Source of the DNA: Octopus bimaculoides | Taxonomy: Eukaryota | Assembly: GCF_001194135.2 (NCBI RefSeq) | Contig: NC_069004.1 | Coordinates: forward strand, 27,955,520 to 28,019,519 | Length of the DNA: 64,000 bases | Reading direction: 5' to 3' | Shown here: positions 62,404-64,000 of the stretch, piece by piece | How the letters are laid out: each line of letters starts with the position of its first letter | Position numbering within the stretch: the stretch's first letter is position 1 | The notes under the pieces: generated by a model | Told to the model about the DNA's origin: nothing | The model's database searches: none | What the model saw: only the letters and a program-made list of their open reading frames with translations | Position numbers and translations under genes: made by a program

Positions 62404-62912
62404 TCATCATCATCATCATCGTCATTTAACGTCCACTTTCCATGCTAGCATGGGTTGGATGATTTGAATGAGAACTGGTGGGCCAAGAGGCGACACCAGG
62501 CTCCTATCTGATTTGGCAGAGTTTCTACAGTTGGATGCCCTTCCTAACGCTAACCACTCTGAGTGTAGTGGGTGTTTTACGGGCCAGTCAGGCAGTACTG
62601 GCGATGGCCACACTCAAAATAGTGTATTTTACATGTCACCTGCATAGGTGTCAGCCCATCGGCACTGGCAACGATCTTGCTCAAATGTCTTTTCACGTGC
62701 CACGGGCACAAGTGCCAGGAAGGCGACGTTGGTAATGATCACGCTGGTGCTATTTATGTGCCACACTGGTACAAGTGCCATCTCAATTTCGCTTTCGCTT
62801 GCCCCAACAGGTCTTCGCAAGCCAAGTTTAGTGTTCCTACAAATTTAGTTTGATTACGATTTCACTTGCCTCACCATGTCTTCGCAAGCGGAGTTTAGTG
62901 TCCAATGAAGGA
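62404..62912 (-). mobile_element. SINE-B, long copy including the 5' region
   Basis: (CAT)n tail, core, GTGCCAC-type internal modules and a duplicated ~41-bp 5' module. Confidence 0.88.
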
Positions 62913-62916
62913 AATA

Positions 62917-63110
62917 TATATATGAAGCAAAAGGAAAGGATAAAATTGTAGGTGTAGATAATCTTTAATTCATAATCCAGGTTGGTACAGAGCCAATATA
63001 AATTCTACAAATTGTTTCGGAGTCTAACTCCAAAGACAACCTCAACCTGGATTATGAATTAAAGATTGTCTACACCTACAATTTTTTCTTTTCCTTATGC
63101 CTCATTTATT
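62917..63110. repeat. Long inverted repeat (43-bp near-perfect arms, 58-nt loop)
   Basis: 62942-62984 vs 63043-63085 are complementary at 42/43 positions; the flanks extend the pairing imperfectly by about 25 bp. Confidence 0.9.
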
Positions 63111-63675
63111 GTTTTTGCAAATTCTGAATATATATTTTTTTGTATACATTCTTTACTTGGACTGTACTGGCAGACTTGGATGTTTGACATCCCTCTGAAG
63201 GATTATGGTCCTCATCTTTTATTTATATATATATATATATATNNNNNNNNNNNNNNNNNNNNNNNNNNNNNNNNNNNNNNNNNNNNNNNNNNNNNNNNNN
63301 NNNNNNNNNNNNNNNNNNNNNNNNNNNNNNNNNNNNNNNNNNNNNNNATTAACATATATATATCCCATTCAGCATGTCTCATACCTTTGGCAATCCCTTT
63401 TACTATATTGAGATTAATTAAACCAGTGGTAATTTCTTTTGGTCCAGGTTGGAATTTGGCCATAATAATAATGGTCATTTCTTTTTCAACCGAAGATAAA
63501 GCTTTAGCTATATCTGCCCCTGAATGCACATTTGCTGTCCATTGAGCTCAATCAAGGCTGACCTGGTGTAGAAATGGTAATTTTTTTTTTTTTTTTGCCT
63601 GGTGCATTGAAATTTTAATTTCTTCCATCATCCTCTTATTGGAGTGTCACTACAATGTATTTTAGTTTTTCAGTT

Positions 63676-64000
63676 CATCATCATCATCATCATCGTCGTT
63701 TAATGTCCGCTTTCCATGCTAGCATGGGTTGGACGATTTGACTGAGGACTGGTGATACCAGATGACAACACCAGGCTCCAATCTGATTTGGCAGAGTTTC
63801 TACAGCTGGATGCCCTTCCTGACGCCAACCACTCCGAGAGTGTAGTGGGTGCTTTTACATGCCACCAGCACAAAGGCCAGTCAGGCGGTACTGGCAGCGG
63901 CAACACTCAAAATAGTGTATTTTACGTGCCATCTGCACAGGAGCCAGTTCGGTGGCACTGGCAACGATCTCGCTCGAATGTCTTTACACGTGCCATCAGG
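63676..64000 (-). mobile_element. SINE-B, young, truncated by the window edge
   Basis: Near-identical to 11177-11440. Confidence 0.92.

Noticed and set aside
3739-63545. Long ORFs spanning N-runs and the many Y/I/C/V/T/H-rich ORFs
   Set aside because: Produced by gaps (X) and dinucleotide microsatellites, which lack stop codons in several frames.

Overview
AT-rich, repeat-saturated animal DNA with ten N-gaps (about 4018-4618, 12316-12395, 15762-15787, 28799-29444, 34718-35008, 42258-42879, 44274-45049, 52661-52760, 58490-58930, 63243-63347). The SINE repertoire looks like Octopus/cephalopod (inference from recalled repeat sequences, not a search). I find no intact host gene or confidently assignable exon, so the window is intergenic or a large intron. 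Most listed ORFs are microsatellite, gap or SINE artefacts. Supported content: (1) at least six SINE-like families, given my own labels A, B, C, D, E, V; (2) a full-length decayed DD37D (maT) Tc1/mariner with TIRs, a second DD37D 3' fragment and a rosa/DD41D-type transposase remnant; (3) CR1-like and RTE-like LINE remnants; (4) Tc1-, hAT- and piggyBac-type MITEs and Helitron-like 3' ends. The most interesting signal is a set of type I hammerhead-ribozyme motifs. One at 9119-9179 (minus) is nearly intact and several others are decayed; all have the palindromic stem III known from Penelope-like elements, and two sit in inserts inside the microsatellite linker of SINE-A. A CR1-like LINE end also shares its 3' tail with SINE-A. 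All translations, alignments and folds were done by eye, and repeat boundaries are approximate.
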